DNA of 64,000 bases from Bdellovibrionales bacterium (GCA_965262715.1 OZ253553.1:2080001-2144000), one strand, 5' to 3'; counted from the first letter of the stretch, positions 1 through 10,327 are shown. Numbers and translations are program-made. Notes: generated by a model not told the origin, from the sequence alone.

Positions 1-1023
1 AGATTCTACTATCATAACATGACCGACACTCAGTGTGATAATATCTCCTGATTCAATAGAAGCATTTGTATCTGTAATATCTACTTCATTCAAACAACTA
101 CAACTCTGTTGATCTGCACTAGCCAGTTGGCTATACTTAGCAGCAGAAAACCATTGAACATGTTCTCCTAAATTTCCTCCTTTGTTTCCTGCACAATTAT
201 CATCGCCCGGCTTTACTAGACGTTGACCTGCTAAAGCCATCGCTGTCGTCACATATTCAGAGCAATTCCAGCCTAAAAATTTTGGAGTATTTCCTTGCGG
301 TGGAAGTGGCTTGCTCATAGTAGTATCTTTAAAAATATTAATATCATTACCCTCTCTATTAGAAGAAAAATAAGCATAAGATTCAGCAGTTTTAGTAAAA
401 GTAGCTAGACATGGTTGACTACCACATTGCATTTGAGCTTTGCATTCATTAGTTTTGTCCATTTGATTGTAAGGATGTGTCTTTTTCAAGTCATTGTAGT
501 TAGAAATATAATTACAAGATTCACGGACCTCTGAATCATAAGAACAATCCTTTAGAGATCCATAGCCTTTTAAAAAGGTGCCGTTATAATCTATCAAATA
601 CTCTCCATCACTGTTTTTTACCAGACCCCAGCTAAAAGGCTTAAGGGCTTCACACGTCCCGTAAGTGAGAGCCATAACCTCCCGAATACTCTTCACACTT
701 TCAGGACATTCATCTTCTACAGGAACAAATCCAGGAGCAGGTTCCCATCCTAGTACATCGAGTACATCATCTGCTGTTGCTCCTACTGGATTAGCCCTAC
801 CACAATCTTCTGTACATGATTCATGAGTCGTTGCACCTTGATATATTTCTTCAATTATTGAACTTTGAGCTATTTCTTCAAAAGACATTATAAGAAATAA
901 GAAAAAAACAAGATATTTTAGCCAGCTTATTGAACGACCATCCTGCCAGAATGCCTGTCTGCCAGAATGCCTGTTTGCCGGATTGCTTGATTGCCTGATC
1001 ACAGAAAATTCCTTTTTTAACAT
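1..1023 (-). CDS. Secreted Cys-rich protein with NlpC/P60-like catalytic motifs (runs off the left edge)
   Basis: My translation from ATG 1023 is open to position 1 (341 codons; absent from the ORF track). Hydrophobic segment WLKYLVFFLFLIM, then GWNCSEYVTTAM...SIESGDIITLSVGHVMIVES, resembling the NlpC/P60 Cys / GD / GHV pattern. Confidence 0.6.
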   Translation of the reverse strand, partial: MLKKEFSVIRQSSNPANRHSGRQAFWQDGRSISWLKYLVFFLFLIMSFEEIAQSSIIEEIYQGATTHESCTEDCGRANPVGATADDVLDVLGWEPAPGFVPVEDECPESVKSIREVMALTYGTCEALKPFSWGLVKNSDGEYLIDYNGTFLKGYGSLKDCSYDSEVRESCNYISNYNDLKKTHPYNQMDKTNECKAQMQCGSQPCLATFTKTAESYAYFSSNREGNDINIFKDTTMSKPLPPQGNTPKFLGWNCSEYVTTAMALAGQRLVKPGDDNCAGNKGGNLGEHVQWFSAAKYSQLASADQQSCSCLNEVDITDTNASIESGDIITLSVGHVMIVES

Positions 1024-1711
1024 CTAAGAAAAAGAATAAAAGTTTATATCTAAACCTTTATCTCTAAAAATAATCGTCATTAAACAGCTATTTCTTAAGG
1101 ATAAAACTCTAGCAGAAAGTCCAGAATATAATCCAACCCCCACACTGCTTAACCTTGTCTCAAAATGATCCATAAGATCGACAAAAAATAAGCTTATCCC
1201 ATCCTATGCGATACAAAACGCAAAAAAATATCTTCTTTCTAATGGATTCTAATGGATTATTTAGTGAGAAAAAGCTTTTAGATAGAGCAATGCATTAAGA
1301 TTACTGGCTTTGTAAGTATCCAGATCGCATAAATAACATTTATTGTAAAATACAAAAATTATTTTGTCAGATCACTTCTATAAAGAATAGCAAGCTAATA
1401 AGATGACTTACTGCCATAACCTTTGCTATATCCGCTTTTTCATTAGACCTAAAAAACTTAAGAATCTTTTATTTTAGAATATCTTTTTAAGCCTAAGTCA
1501 ATAATTTTATTTTGCGAATTTTCCCCTACATATAATGATTTGATTTTATTCAGCTTTTACTTCATATATTAAAGTCTCAACCAACTTCTATGCATTCAAG
1601 ATTAGCTGTTGACTTAAAAGACAGAGAAATCGTAAGTAATAAGTAACTGAAATTCATCAAGTGCTTTAAAGTTTATTTTCTTCTATGATACGTCAACTTA
1701 ATGAATAGGGT

Positions 1712-4372
1712 TTGAAAGTGAGAAATAAAAGTTGGGGGACTATTTCAAACTCTAAGAAGTTTATATATCTTAAGTCCCTTTGTCACCGATCATTTCATTT
1801 CTTCTTAAGCTTTTTAATCATTTTTCAAAGTGCCACAGTCTTTCCTCAAACTCAAAGTATTTTCAACTTACAATCTATAAATATAGCAACAGAAAATGAA
1901 CCTCAACCAACCAACCTCACTCCAATAGAATATTATGATCCCAATGTGCCACTTACAATTAAACCTGGTTCTTTTTCTGCAGCTCCTGGTCAGTACCTAA
2001 GCCCTCCCATCGCAGGAGAGCATTACCTTGCACAAACTAAGCTTGGTTATTCTATTTATAAACTCCAAGACACAGAGTTCATGACACAGAATATCTATCA
2101 ATTATATAATAAATTGATTTCAAAAATCAGAGGAATAGAGATTGAGCAAGGAGAAAATGCAAATGAATATTTGACAAAAGTTGCTGGAACAAAAAGAACT
2201 CCTCAAGTTGTAGAAAACATAGGGACAGCAGAACTTGCTAAAGTTAATGGCAAGTTCCTTATCAGGGTAATTCACAACCAAACAGATACTGTATTTTATA
2301 TTTTAGATGAAGCAAGCTTTTCAGAACACGATGATTATCTTAAAAAACTGCAAGCAAGACAACATCTTATGGGAGGTCTTAGTCGTTTAGATGGTCAAAG
2401 AGGAAGAGATGTCATCTTTTTATGGACAAGAGGTCCAAGAAACACAAAGACTGTTGTTTCTCCTCGCATTGAAACACATATAAAAAATCCCACAGCAAGC
2501 CCTCATATACTTCCAATTTTTCAAGATCCAACAACTTTTCAACAACTAAGACAACAACATAGACAACTGTATCGTCAAGAATATTGGGCTGCTATTGCAA
2601 GTAAAGTCACAACAGATAATCTGACCTTTGCTTTATTTGCAGCTATTATTCAAGGCACTATCACAGCTGCAATAGGATTCTCAAAAGAATTTATATCTGG
2701 CGAAAATGTTGATGTTGGAGACATCGCTCTTTTATCCTTCTTTTTCACTCTGTCTATATATCTATTTCCTTCATCTTACCGTTACTGGATCAATATGGGT
2801 AAGGTTGGTTTTATACAAAAAAAGCCAAATGTCGCAGAAAGCACAAGCCTTTTAGAACAACTTAAAACTATTGACTGGAAGGAAACCTTTATATCTAAAG
2901 TCGCTCGTAGTGCCTTAACAAGTCTTGCTTACTCTTATCTTTTTTTATTTATGACAAATGAACAAGTTGCTAATCTTGATATTTTAGATGTTAATAATCT
3001 ACCGACACTTATTCATCTTTTCCTTTTAACACAAATTATTGCTCTTCCTAATTTTATCATAAACAACAGTTCTAAAGTGTGGTGGACAGAGCAAGCGCAG
3101 GTGAATGAAATTGCAGGAGTGACTAATAAAGACATCTCTATTCCTTTTTTACCTTCGATTAGGTGGAATCGCGCGAATATTGATTACGCTTTCGTAAAAT
3201 ACAATGCTTCTCAGATAACTAAGCTAACCCACTTATTAGACTTTGCATTACCTGCAGTATTTATAACTTCAGCAAGTGCTATCGGTATTAACTTAAATAC
3301 ACTTGGCATCAATTCTGGCCTTTTAGCAATGTTAGTTTCAATTTGGGTAGGTCAATATTTCCTATTAAAACAAGTCCTTAACTTTCACCAGAAAAAGTAT
3401 CTGGATAATGAACAAACATGGCATTACATCGATCGTATCACTCAAAACAGACTTGGACAGTTACTTCTACAAATAGAGTCACTTCGTAGGAAGTTTTTAC
3501 TTTGGTGGCATCGCCCTCATACTCAAGATTCAAAACCAATGAATAACTTTTATAACATATTTGATCTATCATCAACAACAAGCCCTGATATAGCAAGCGC
3601 AGAAACAGAAGAAAAACATCTTGAAAAATGGCACCAACATAACGATGTAATATCTCACATTGAAAGTGAAATGGAATTTTATGCAAATAGCCAGCAGATT
3701 GCAAAAGCTTTGAGAGATATGCAGGCTGATTTTTTTCAATATATTGATCAGAGATCACCTTCTGAACAACCAGATTCTGAACAACTGGCTCTTGAAAGAA
3801 CATTAGCTAATGTTTTTAGAAGGCAAGTGATAACTTCTTTGAATAACTTTGCTAGAGTTGTTCATGCTTTATTTGAAACCCTTAAAGCGCGCAACTCTTT
3901 TAACAAAGAAAGCTTATTACAAGGAGAAACCTTTTACTCGGATATTTGGGACAGAAACAAGAGTATCGAACAAGATGATATTATGGACTTTCTTGAAGAG
4001 TACTTAACAGAAGAATTTCCTCATTTGCAACAAGCATTAAACTTTCTAAAAGAGGAAGAATTAACACTATCAGGAACAACAGAAGAGCTTGTAACATTAG
4101 AGAACTTACTTACAGAATTTCAAGTCTTTATGGAAAGCCACTTTGAACAGTTGTTGAGATATATTGACGACCAAGAGGCAAAAAACTCTAATTATCAATT
4201 AGAAGTCATTGTTCCAGAAAATGCAGCAGAGAGTCACTTTAATTATTCTTTTTTTAATAGAAAAAGAAGACAACAACCTGATGAATTATTACCTAGCCAT
4301 CCTACACAGTCACCTCATTCTCCTATAGAATCAACTAGTTATGTTTGTGCTGGAGCATTAGATAAAAAATAA
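1712..4372 (+). CDS. Large hypothetical membrane protein (signal-like N-terminus, several TM segments)
   Basis: 886-aa ORF with hydrophobic stretches in the middle third; no recognised family. Confidence 0.6.
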   Translation: MKVRNKSWGTISNSKKFIYLKSLCHRSFHFFLSFLIIFQSATVFPQTQSIFNLQSINIATENEPQPTNLTPIEYYDPNVPLTIKPGSFSAAPGQYLSPPIAGEHYLAQTKLGYSIYKLQDTEFMTQNIYQLYNKLISKIRGIEIEQGENANEYLTKVAGTKRTPQVVENIGTAELAKVNGKFLIRVIHNQTDTVFYILDEASFSEHDDYLKKLQARQHLMGGLSRLDGQRGRDVIFLWTRGPRNTKTVVSPRIETHIKNPTASPHILPIFQDPTTFQQLRQQHRQLYRQEYWAAIASKVTTDNLTFALFAAIIQGTITAAIGFSKEFISGENVDVGDIALLSFFFTLSIYLFPSSYRYWINMGKVGFIQKKPNVAESTSLLEQLKTIDWKETFISKVARSALTSLAYSYLFLFMTNEQVANLDILDVNNLPTLIHLFLLTQIIALPNFIINNSSKVWWTEQAQVNEIAGVTNKDISIPFLPSIRWNRANIDYAFVKYNASQITKLTHLLDFALPAVFITSASAIGINLNTLGINSGLLAMLVSIWVGQYFLLKQVLNFHQKKYLDNEQTWHYIDRITQNRLGQLLLQIESLRRKFLLWWHRPHTQDSKPMNNFYNIFDLSSTTSPDIASAETEEKHLEKWHQHNDVISHIESEMEFYANSQQIAKALRDMQADFFQYIDQRSPSEQPDSEQLALERTLANVFRRQVITSLNNFARVVHALFETLKARNSFNKESLLQGETFYSDIWDRNKSIEQDDIMDFLEEYLTEEFPHLQQALNFLKEEELTLSGTTEELVTLENLLTEFQVFMESHFEQLLRYIDDQEAKNSNYQLEVIVPENAAESHFNYSFFNRKRRQQPDELLPSHPTQSPHSPIESTSYVCAGALDKK

Positions 4373-4507
4373 GAGGGAGATACTCTTCGTTTATTTACAT
4401 CGTGTTAAGGGAACCTTTTCATGGCAACAGTTTGCCAGACTTCTTTTAGGGTTTAGTTTTTAAGAAATCAAAAATTCAGAAGATGAAAAATCAATAAGAC
4501 AGCATTA

Positions 4508-6289
4508 TCAATTACCTCTACCTCCAGTACTGCGCCTTAAGTATGACCTAGCAGTTGTCCCACTCCTGCATATACCTTCCCCCGTTGTACCACTTGGACA
4601 ACATACCTCTTTTGTATTTTCAAATTCTCCGTCATATTCATTTAAGCTGTCATACTCGTCATAATTTAAATTACCGAAAATAGAAGTGGGTCTTGAGACT
4701 TCAACAACTTGCTCTAAAGCTACCATTTCTCCATTGAGCTGAGTGGCACGAACTCGCTCATTAAATAATTGAGTTTGCAACTGCTGATGTGTTGCAACAA
4801 AGTTAGCATCTAATCTTTGTTTTTCAAGGTTTTTCCTGTGCAATTTATTAGTGAAGTCTTCCAATAAACTGACATATTGTTGTTGCGCAATTTTATAAGC
4901 TCTTTGTCCAGATTCATTAATACCTTCAGATTCTTCATGTATTGATTCAATCGCTTCTCTTAAGGATGTTATCTCATCAATAAGTTCTTGTTCTTTTCTA
5001 GCTATAGCACGTTGTTGTAATTCATATTCCTGGAGTGCCACTCGCACTTCATCTTGAGTGACCTGAGAGCTACGACATCTTGCATAAGCTTTCACTGCTG
5101 TTTGTCTTAGATTTTCTAACCGGCTCTCTCTTGTTGCATCTGCTACTCTTTGAACTGTTCCAGACTGCACTTGATTATTTAACTGACCTCTTAATGCTGC
5201 CATTCTGTCTTTTGCTTCCTCATCACATTTAGTAAAGATCCTAGCTACTTGTGCACTATATATAACCAATGCTCGATCAGCAGCCTCATTGTCATTATTT
5301 TGAATGCTTTCAAGTTCTGTTATTCTTGCTCGTATTTGCCGGTTTATTTGAAGGGTTTCCCCTCTCAATTCAGCAACCTGTCCTGAGAGTTGCTCTTGAA
5401 GTTGATCTGTTGCTCTTTCGAAACCTGTAGGAGCATTTTTGATGTCCCTAGTTATGTCTTGAATTTCTTTTTCAATCTCTGAATGCTCTGTCTGCACATC
5501 GCTTGTTTCCTTTAGTACGTCACCTTGCAGTCTCTCAACCTCATCTTGAGCGTCACCATGATCAGTAACAAGTTCACGTAATCTATCCTTATCATCGTCA
5601 AATTTTGCAGCAGCCGCTTGAGGACATTCACTTGCAAGTCTATTTTGAAACAATGATGTTAGACCTAGCGGCCCACCACTTGAGCCACCAAAACCTTCGC
5701 CAGATCCCAATTGTCCAAGAAGGCTGCGACATTTTTCTGCATCTGTCTGACATGTCGAGCTCGTCCCTCTGCACTCTGGCGGCAACTTAGCTCTAATTCC
5801 ACGCAATTCACGTTTCGCCCGCAGACATCGCTCCTGATCTCGCTCTTGTCTTTGAGTTATTCTATTCTTTTCTTGTTGTAGTGCATTTTCTGCATTTCTA
5901 TATTCTGCTTTTATATTTTGTCTACATGTACCACTATCAGTTCCAGGTCTATCACATACATGCATAGGACTACTTCTACTTAAATCCTCTACTTCTTCAT
6001 GAGCTGCTTTTAAGTTATTAATAAAGTACAAAAGAGATCCACAGTCAGATTTTCTTCCTTCTATCGCTCCCATATGACGCTCACACTCTGCCTTTTGTTC
6101 TTCATTACATTCTGTTGTACAGAGAATCACCTGTGCTTTTAAAGTGTGAAATGAAGGTATCATTGCGACAATAAAAAAAGTTATAATAACAAAAAAGAAA
6201 TTTAATACCACACCTTGGCAAACTGCCGGTCTACCGGACTGCCTGATGGCTGGGCTGCCTGATTTTTTAAGGGTAAATCCACCGATCAT
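4508..6289 (-). CDS. Secreted coiled-coil hypothetical protein
   Basis: 593 aa; signal-like segment, Cys pairs and long E/Q/R-rich helical region. The N-terminus SGSPAIRQSGRPAVCQ is encoded by a family-C repeat. Confidence 0.65.
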   Translation of the reverse strand: MIGGFTLKKSGSPAIRQSGRPAVCQGVVLNFFFVIITFFIVAMIPSFHTLKAQVILCTTECNEEQKAECERHMGAIEGRKSDCGSLLYFINNLKAAHEEVEDLSRSSPMHVCDRPGTDSGTCRQNIKAEYRNAENALQQEKNRITQRQERDQERCLRAKRELRGIRAKLPPECRGTSSTCQTDAEKCRSLLGQLGSGEGFGGSSGGPLGLTSLFQNRLASECPQAAAAKFDDDKDRLRELVTDHGDAQDEVERLQGDVLKETSDVQTEHSEIEKEIQDITRDIKNAPTGFERATDQLQEQLSGQVAELRGETLQINRQIRARITELESIQNNDNEAADRALVIYSAQVARIFTKCDEEAKDRMAALRGQLNNQVQSGTVQRVADATRESRLENLRQTAVKAYARCRSSQVTQDEVRVALQEYELQQRAIARKEQELIDEITSLREAIESIHEESEGINESGQRAYKIAQQQYVSLLEDFTNKLHRKNLEKQRLDANFVATHQQLQTQLFNERVRATQLNGEMVALEQVVEVSRPTSIFGNLNYDEYDSLNEYDGEFENTKEVCCPSGTTGEGICRSGTTARSYLRRSTGGRGN

Positions 6290-6397
6290 ATTAAAACCAC
6301 TCTTCTTTTATCTAATAACTCAATCGGCTTTATTTTGAAAAACATTAAAATAAATTTTAGAAACAAGTATAAAAATTTATTTTTTTAGGCCATTATT

Positions 6398-6520
6398 TGC
6401 AAAATTTATCTTATTAAAAATTGTATCATAATTTATGCAAAATTTATCTTATTAAAAATTGTATCATAATTTATGCAAAATTTATCTTATTAAAAATTGT
6501 ATCATAATTTATGCAAAATT
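6398..6520. repeat. 38-bp tandem repeat, 3 full copies plus a partial
   Basis: Unit tgcaaaatttatcttattaaaaattgtatcataattta starts at 6398, 6436 and 6474; partial at 6512. Confidence 0.95.
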
Positions 6521-6604
6521 AAAGATAATAATATTTTTGCTTGCAAAAAAAGTCTGTTTGTGTATTACTTTTCAGGACATTAAAAGTTTGTTACTATATA
6601 ATCT

Positions 6605-6888
6605 AAGGTTTCCAAATAGCTGAAAGTTTGTATACCTTCTAGATTTAAGTAGGGTGTATATAAAAAACTCGAGAAGATAAGGAAAGGGGACTGGCTCTGA
6701 TAACGGTGAGTAGACTTGGCTAAGATATTTAAAGTCATTGAGCTTTATGTCTTAGAGATGGGTTTAGCAGTGCTAAACCTTCAAGAAACCTAAAGTTATT
6801 ATTCATGGTGCCCACGTGTATGAGACTGGAGTTTTTTAAATCGTATCCTCGCTTAGAAGCGTCTACAAACACTCTGTTTGGAAGCCTT
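6605..6888 (+). ncRNA. ssrS: 6S RNA candidate (long rod-like RNA upstream of ygfA)
   Basis: Nested complementarity: aaggtttccaaatag/ctgtttggaagcctt, gtttgta/tacaaac, aaaaaactc/gagtttttt, with apical hairpins. TATAAT at 6597-6602. The next gene is ygfA, the common ssrS neighbour. No covariance-model search run. Confidence 0.5.
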
Positions 6889-6936
6889 TTTATTATCAAT
6901 AAACACATCCCTATAACTGTCTCATATTGAGATGCT

Positions 6937-7292
6937 GTTTCACTAAAAATGAACTGGCCTCTCGAGGCGAGCCTCTGGCCATTTTCTGGCGATGACCACA
7001 ACGGTTTGCACCGTCGATAAAATGGTCATCGCCTAGAAAACCTGTTCATTTTTAGGAGGGAGACTCCCCTCGTTCCTTTACAACATGTTAAGGAAAATTT
7101 CCTTTACCATCTCCTCTCCCTTACAAATCGCGCTAAATCTTTTTATAGCAACTTAAGATTTGATGTTTTAAGCTAAAGACGAGATCTTCCGCAGAGAAAT
7201 TGCCTCTGGCCAATTTCTCGAGAACTTCGAGGCTTGGCTTAAAACATCAAATCATTGCCTTAAAGATTTTTTCTCTGTTTTTTCTAAAAAAA
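6937..7292 (+). repeat. Family-A hairpin element with tail, carrying a family-B hairpin (7157-7253)
   Basis: ct|gtttcactaaaaatgaac...gttcatttttag...catgttaaggaaa, then tail cccttacaaat..., B (gatttgatgttttaagc...gcttaaaacatcaaatc) and aaagatttttt...ttttttctaaaaaaa. Same layout at 47738-48102. Confidence 0.9.
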
Positions 7293-7433
7293 CACCCCCC
7301 CCCCCCCCTCTTCTTATCTCTGGCAAACCGGAAGCAGTCTCCGGCAACAGCCTAATAAGATTAAACACCAACGCACTTAGGGATACCTGTAGCCTATGGA
7401 AGAAGCTTGCCATAACTCTAGATCATTACACTG

Positions 7434-7463
7434 AACAACCCTCGACTTGAAGTCGAGGGGTTC
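7434..7463. repeat. Isolated hairpin resembling an IS200/IS605-type end
   Basis: aacaaccctcgact-tga-agtcgaggggttc; no transposase nearby. Confidence 0.3.
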
Positions 7464-7694
7464 AAAATGTTTAAAGTCATTTGAAATCAATAACCCACAG
7501 ATATTTCTCACAGTGACGCATCTTTAAATTATAGAGGAAATAACTATCTATTATATAATAATATCTATCTTAAGAACTGCATTAGATTTATATAATAAAA
7601 ATAAAATGGTTTAAAGTATAAACTTTCAGCCTTTTTAATTATGTAATTATGATAAAAACAGAAATACATTTATGATCTATAAGAAGGAACTACA

Positions 7695-8264
7695 ATGGAT
7701 GCTAAAAAAAGCTTACGCAATCATTTTTTAAATCAACGCAATAAGATATACCAACAAACAGACTTTAATGTTCAAGAAGTTGCAAAACAAGCATCACAAC
7801 ATATCACTGCCTATCTTAAAAAAACGTCTGGCATCTGGGGTTCTTATCGTCCTATAAATACAGAGTTTGACCCTTGTATGATTGAATCAAACAACAAACA
7901 CCTTATATGGACTTACCCTAAAATTAAAAAAGATATATTAGAATTTCGTCGTATTTTAAATCCACAAAATATTTGGCAGAAAAACCACTTAGGAATTGAA
8001 GAACCTTCTGATACATCATCAGAGATTGTTCCTATAGAACAACTCGAAGGAATCTTGTGCCCTACTCTTGCCGTTGACCTTAAAGGCAATAGGTTAGGCT
8101 ATGGTAAAGGTTATTATGATCGAACTCTATCTGGTTTTGAAGGCCATAAAGTAGCCCTCATTTTCTCAGCACAAATTTCTAAGCAGGTACTACCTACAAC
8201 AAAAAATGATGTAGCTATGAATTGGATTTTAACAGAAAATGATTTTTGGGGTTGCCATCCCTAA
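7695..8264 (+). CDS. ygfA: 5-formyltetrahydrofolate cyclo-ligase
   Basis: K..LR N-terminus, GIEEP, P.LAVD..GNRLGYGKGYYDR motif. Confidence 0.93.
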   Translation: MDAKKSLRNHFLNQRNKIYQQTDFNVQEVAKQASQHITAYLKKTSGIWGSYRPINTEFDPCMIESNNKHLIWTYPKIKKDILEFRRILNPQNIWQKNHLGIEEPSDTSSEIVPIEQLEGILCPTLAVDLKGNRLGYGKGYYDRTLSGFEGHKVALIFSAQISKQVLPTTKNDVAMNWILTENDFWGCHP

Positions 8265-8304
8265 GACAAATAATGTTTGATGAAGTTTATAGAGGTCCTC
8301 CATT

Positions 8305-9537
8305 ATGATTATGCAGAAAACTTTAAATCCTCAAGATCAATTTAAAGAACTCAGTAAAGGCGTGGTTCAAATAGAATCTTCAAATGAGCTTCTCAAAAAA
8401 CTACAAAAAAGTTGTCAAGAAAATAAACCTTTAAAAGTTAAAGCTGGCTTTGATCCAACTCGTCCTGATTTACATTTAGGTCATGTTGTTTTATTAAACA
8501 AAATGAAGCAATTTCAAGACCTAGGACACGAAGTGATTTTTCTCATCGGAGATTTCACAGCTCTCATTGGAGACCCTACAGGTAAAAATGAAACACGGCC
8601 ACCACTCACAGAAGAAATTATTCAAAAAAATGCGCAAACTTACGCTCAGCAAGTTTTTAAAGTATTAGATAAAGACAAAACACATATTTGTTATAACACA
8701 AAATGGATGAACTCTTTTTCAACAACTGACTTTATCCATTTAATGGGACAATACACTTTAGCGCGTATGATGGAAAGAGATGATTTTAAAAATAGATTTC
8801 GTAAAGGACACTCCATCTCTCTTCATGAACTTCTCTATCCTTTGATTCAAGGCTATGACTCTGTAGCTCTAAAAAGTGATGTTGAACTTGGAGGTACAGA
8901 TCAAATTTTCAATATATTAGTTGGTAGAGATTTGCAAAGATCCTATCAACAATCACCTCAATGTGTCATGACACTGCCGATTTTAGAAGGCTTAGACGGC
9001 GTTCAAAAAATGTCTAAAAGTTATGATAACTTTATTGCCTTAGATGCTAATGCACAAGATATGTTTGGAAAAATTATGAGACTCTCAGATGAATTAATGG
9101 TTAGATATTATGAACTGCTCACAGATATAAGTGTAGATGAACTAACAGAATTAAAAAATAAGACAGGTCAATATGCTCAAGAAAATCCTAAAGACACAAA
9201 GATAAGATTAGCTAAAATGCTAACAACACAATTTTACTCTCAACAGGAGGCAGATCAAGCGCATCAAGAATTTATAAAAGTTTTTTCTAAAGGTGGACAG
9301 CCAGATGAAATACAAGAATTTTTTATAAAACAAGATCCTATTTGGATTTGTCAATTGCTTCTTGAAACTCAGCTTGTTAGTTCTACAAGTCAAGCTAGAA
9401 GACTCATTCGCAGCAATGCTGTTAAAAAAGATGGAGCGGCCATTACAGATGAAAATATAAAAATTTCTTTAGAGCAAGGTGATAGCTTTATCTTAAAGGT
9501 AGGCAAAAGACGATTTGCTAAAATTATCAAAAAGTAA
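8305..9537 (+). CDS. tyrS: Tyrosine-tRNA ligase
   Basis: GFDPT..DLHLGH, GGTDQ, KMSKS and a C-terminal S4 domain. Confidence 0.98.
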   Translation: MIMQKTLNPQDQFKELSKGVVQIESSNELLKKLQKSCQENKPLKVKAGFDPTRPDLHLGHVVLLNKMKQFQDLGHEVIFLIGDFTALIGDPTGKNETRPPLTEEIIQKNAQTYAQQVFKVLDKDKTHICYNTKWMNSFSTTDFIHLMGQYTLARMMERDDFKNRFRKGHSISLHELLYPLIQGYDSVALKSDVELGGTDQIFNILVGRDLQRSYQQSPQCVMTLPILEGLDGVQKMSKSYDNFIALDANAQDMFGKIMRLSDELMVRYYELLTDISVDELTELKNKTGQYAQENPKDTKIRLAKMLTTQFYSQQEADQAHQEFIKVFSKGGQPDEIQEFFIKQDPIWICQLLLETQLVSSTSQARRLIRSNAVKKDGAAITDENIKISLEQGDSFILKVGKRRFAKIIKK

Positions 9538-9595
9538 ATCCTTATTTATAATTCATTACCAATGAATTTATATATAAATATCAAGTTGAATTAGC

Positions 9596-9844
9596 TTATG
9601 CTCCTTTTGAAACCAGTTTTCCATCAAGAGCAACAGTATCAGCATGAATACAATATCCATTAGGCCATTCTAAGGAACCCGATTCAAGAAAGACCTCCTT
9701 AAAAAATTTCAGGTCTTTAAGAGGATCAATGACTTCTCCTGATCTATCTAACAAAAAGTGCATGTCATAATGATAAGTTCTACCATTTGCCATTTCACAA
9801 TTGATAAAATAGTCTCCAACTTGAATACCTACAATATAATTCAT
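9596..9844 (-). CDS. DUF2442-like protein (putative antitoxin)
   Basis: PLKD..FF.EV.L..GSLEWPNG..I..D pattern; overlaps the stop of the upstream DUF4160-like gene. Confidence 0.7.
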   Translation of the reverse strand: MNYIVGIQVGDYFINCEMANGRTYHYDMHFLLDRSGEVIDPLKDLKFFKEVFLESGSLEWPNGYCIHADTVALDGKLVSKGA

Positions 9845-10105
9845 TGATCTGCTCCTTTAATTCTTCTAAATACTTTTCCTTTTTTTCATTCTATCCCAAT
9901 TTTCTAAAAGTTCTTCTTTTCTCTGTAACGTCTATTCGGAAGCAATCTTATCAGCTTTCAGAGGAAAATGTCCTTTCATCTTTTGACCTGTTTTTATATC
10001 AAAAATTGCGCGATGTCCTTAATAATTAGCATGAAAATGTGGTGGATTATGCTCATTATAGTACATTTTTATAATTATTCCAAAAAAGCTTGAAATAAAA
10101 GCCAT
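9841..10105 (-). pseudogene. DUF4160-like (putative toxin) pseudogene
   Basis: MAFISSFFGIIIKMYYNEHNPPHFHANY*GHRAIFDI...ASE*TLQRKEELLENW. In-frame TAA at 10019-10021, TAG at 9932-9934 (conserved Trp position) and a probable frameshift in the A7 run near 9880-9886. Confidence 0.85.
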
Positions 10106-10234
10106 GTTCTATTTCCCTCATTGCTTTTACTAATATATTTTAGCAAATGAATACATCTACCTTGCTATTATTGTCTATAACACAAAATCTAAAAAATCAA
10201 CTTTCGTAAATATATAAAGATAATTTATAATTTG

Positions 10235-10327
10235 TCCGGAAAACTGGCAGCCTACGTAATCTGGTAACCAGTTCCCGGGAACGGTTGACTGATACAGATT
10301 GTCTGACTGCCCGATTGCCAGATTCCC
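10235..10327. repeat. Family-C palindromic array of ~8-nt GC-rich units
   Basis: ccggaaaactggcagcc...gactgcccgattgccagattccc. Related copies at ~943-998, 4422-4440, 6217-6262, 7320-7352, 17838-17931, 21085-21167, 27790-27870 and 30580-30620. Confidence 0.75.

Noticed and set aside
6398..6520. 38-bp repeats as CRISPR repeats or iterons
   Set aside because: Head-to-tail with no spacers and no rep gene nearby; kept as a plain tandem repeat.
6735..7001. Short ORFs overlapping repeats (also 17071..17265, 17826..18008, 47772..47960, 48118..48330)
   Set aside because: They translate family-A or C repeats or the ncRNA candidate and show no protein features.
7294..7308. Poly-C run after the A/B element
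   Set aside because: Intergenic single homopolymer with no evident link to a promoter or ORF; length may be a sequencing artefact.
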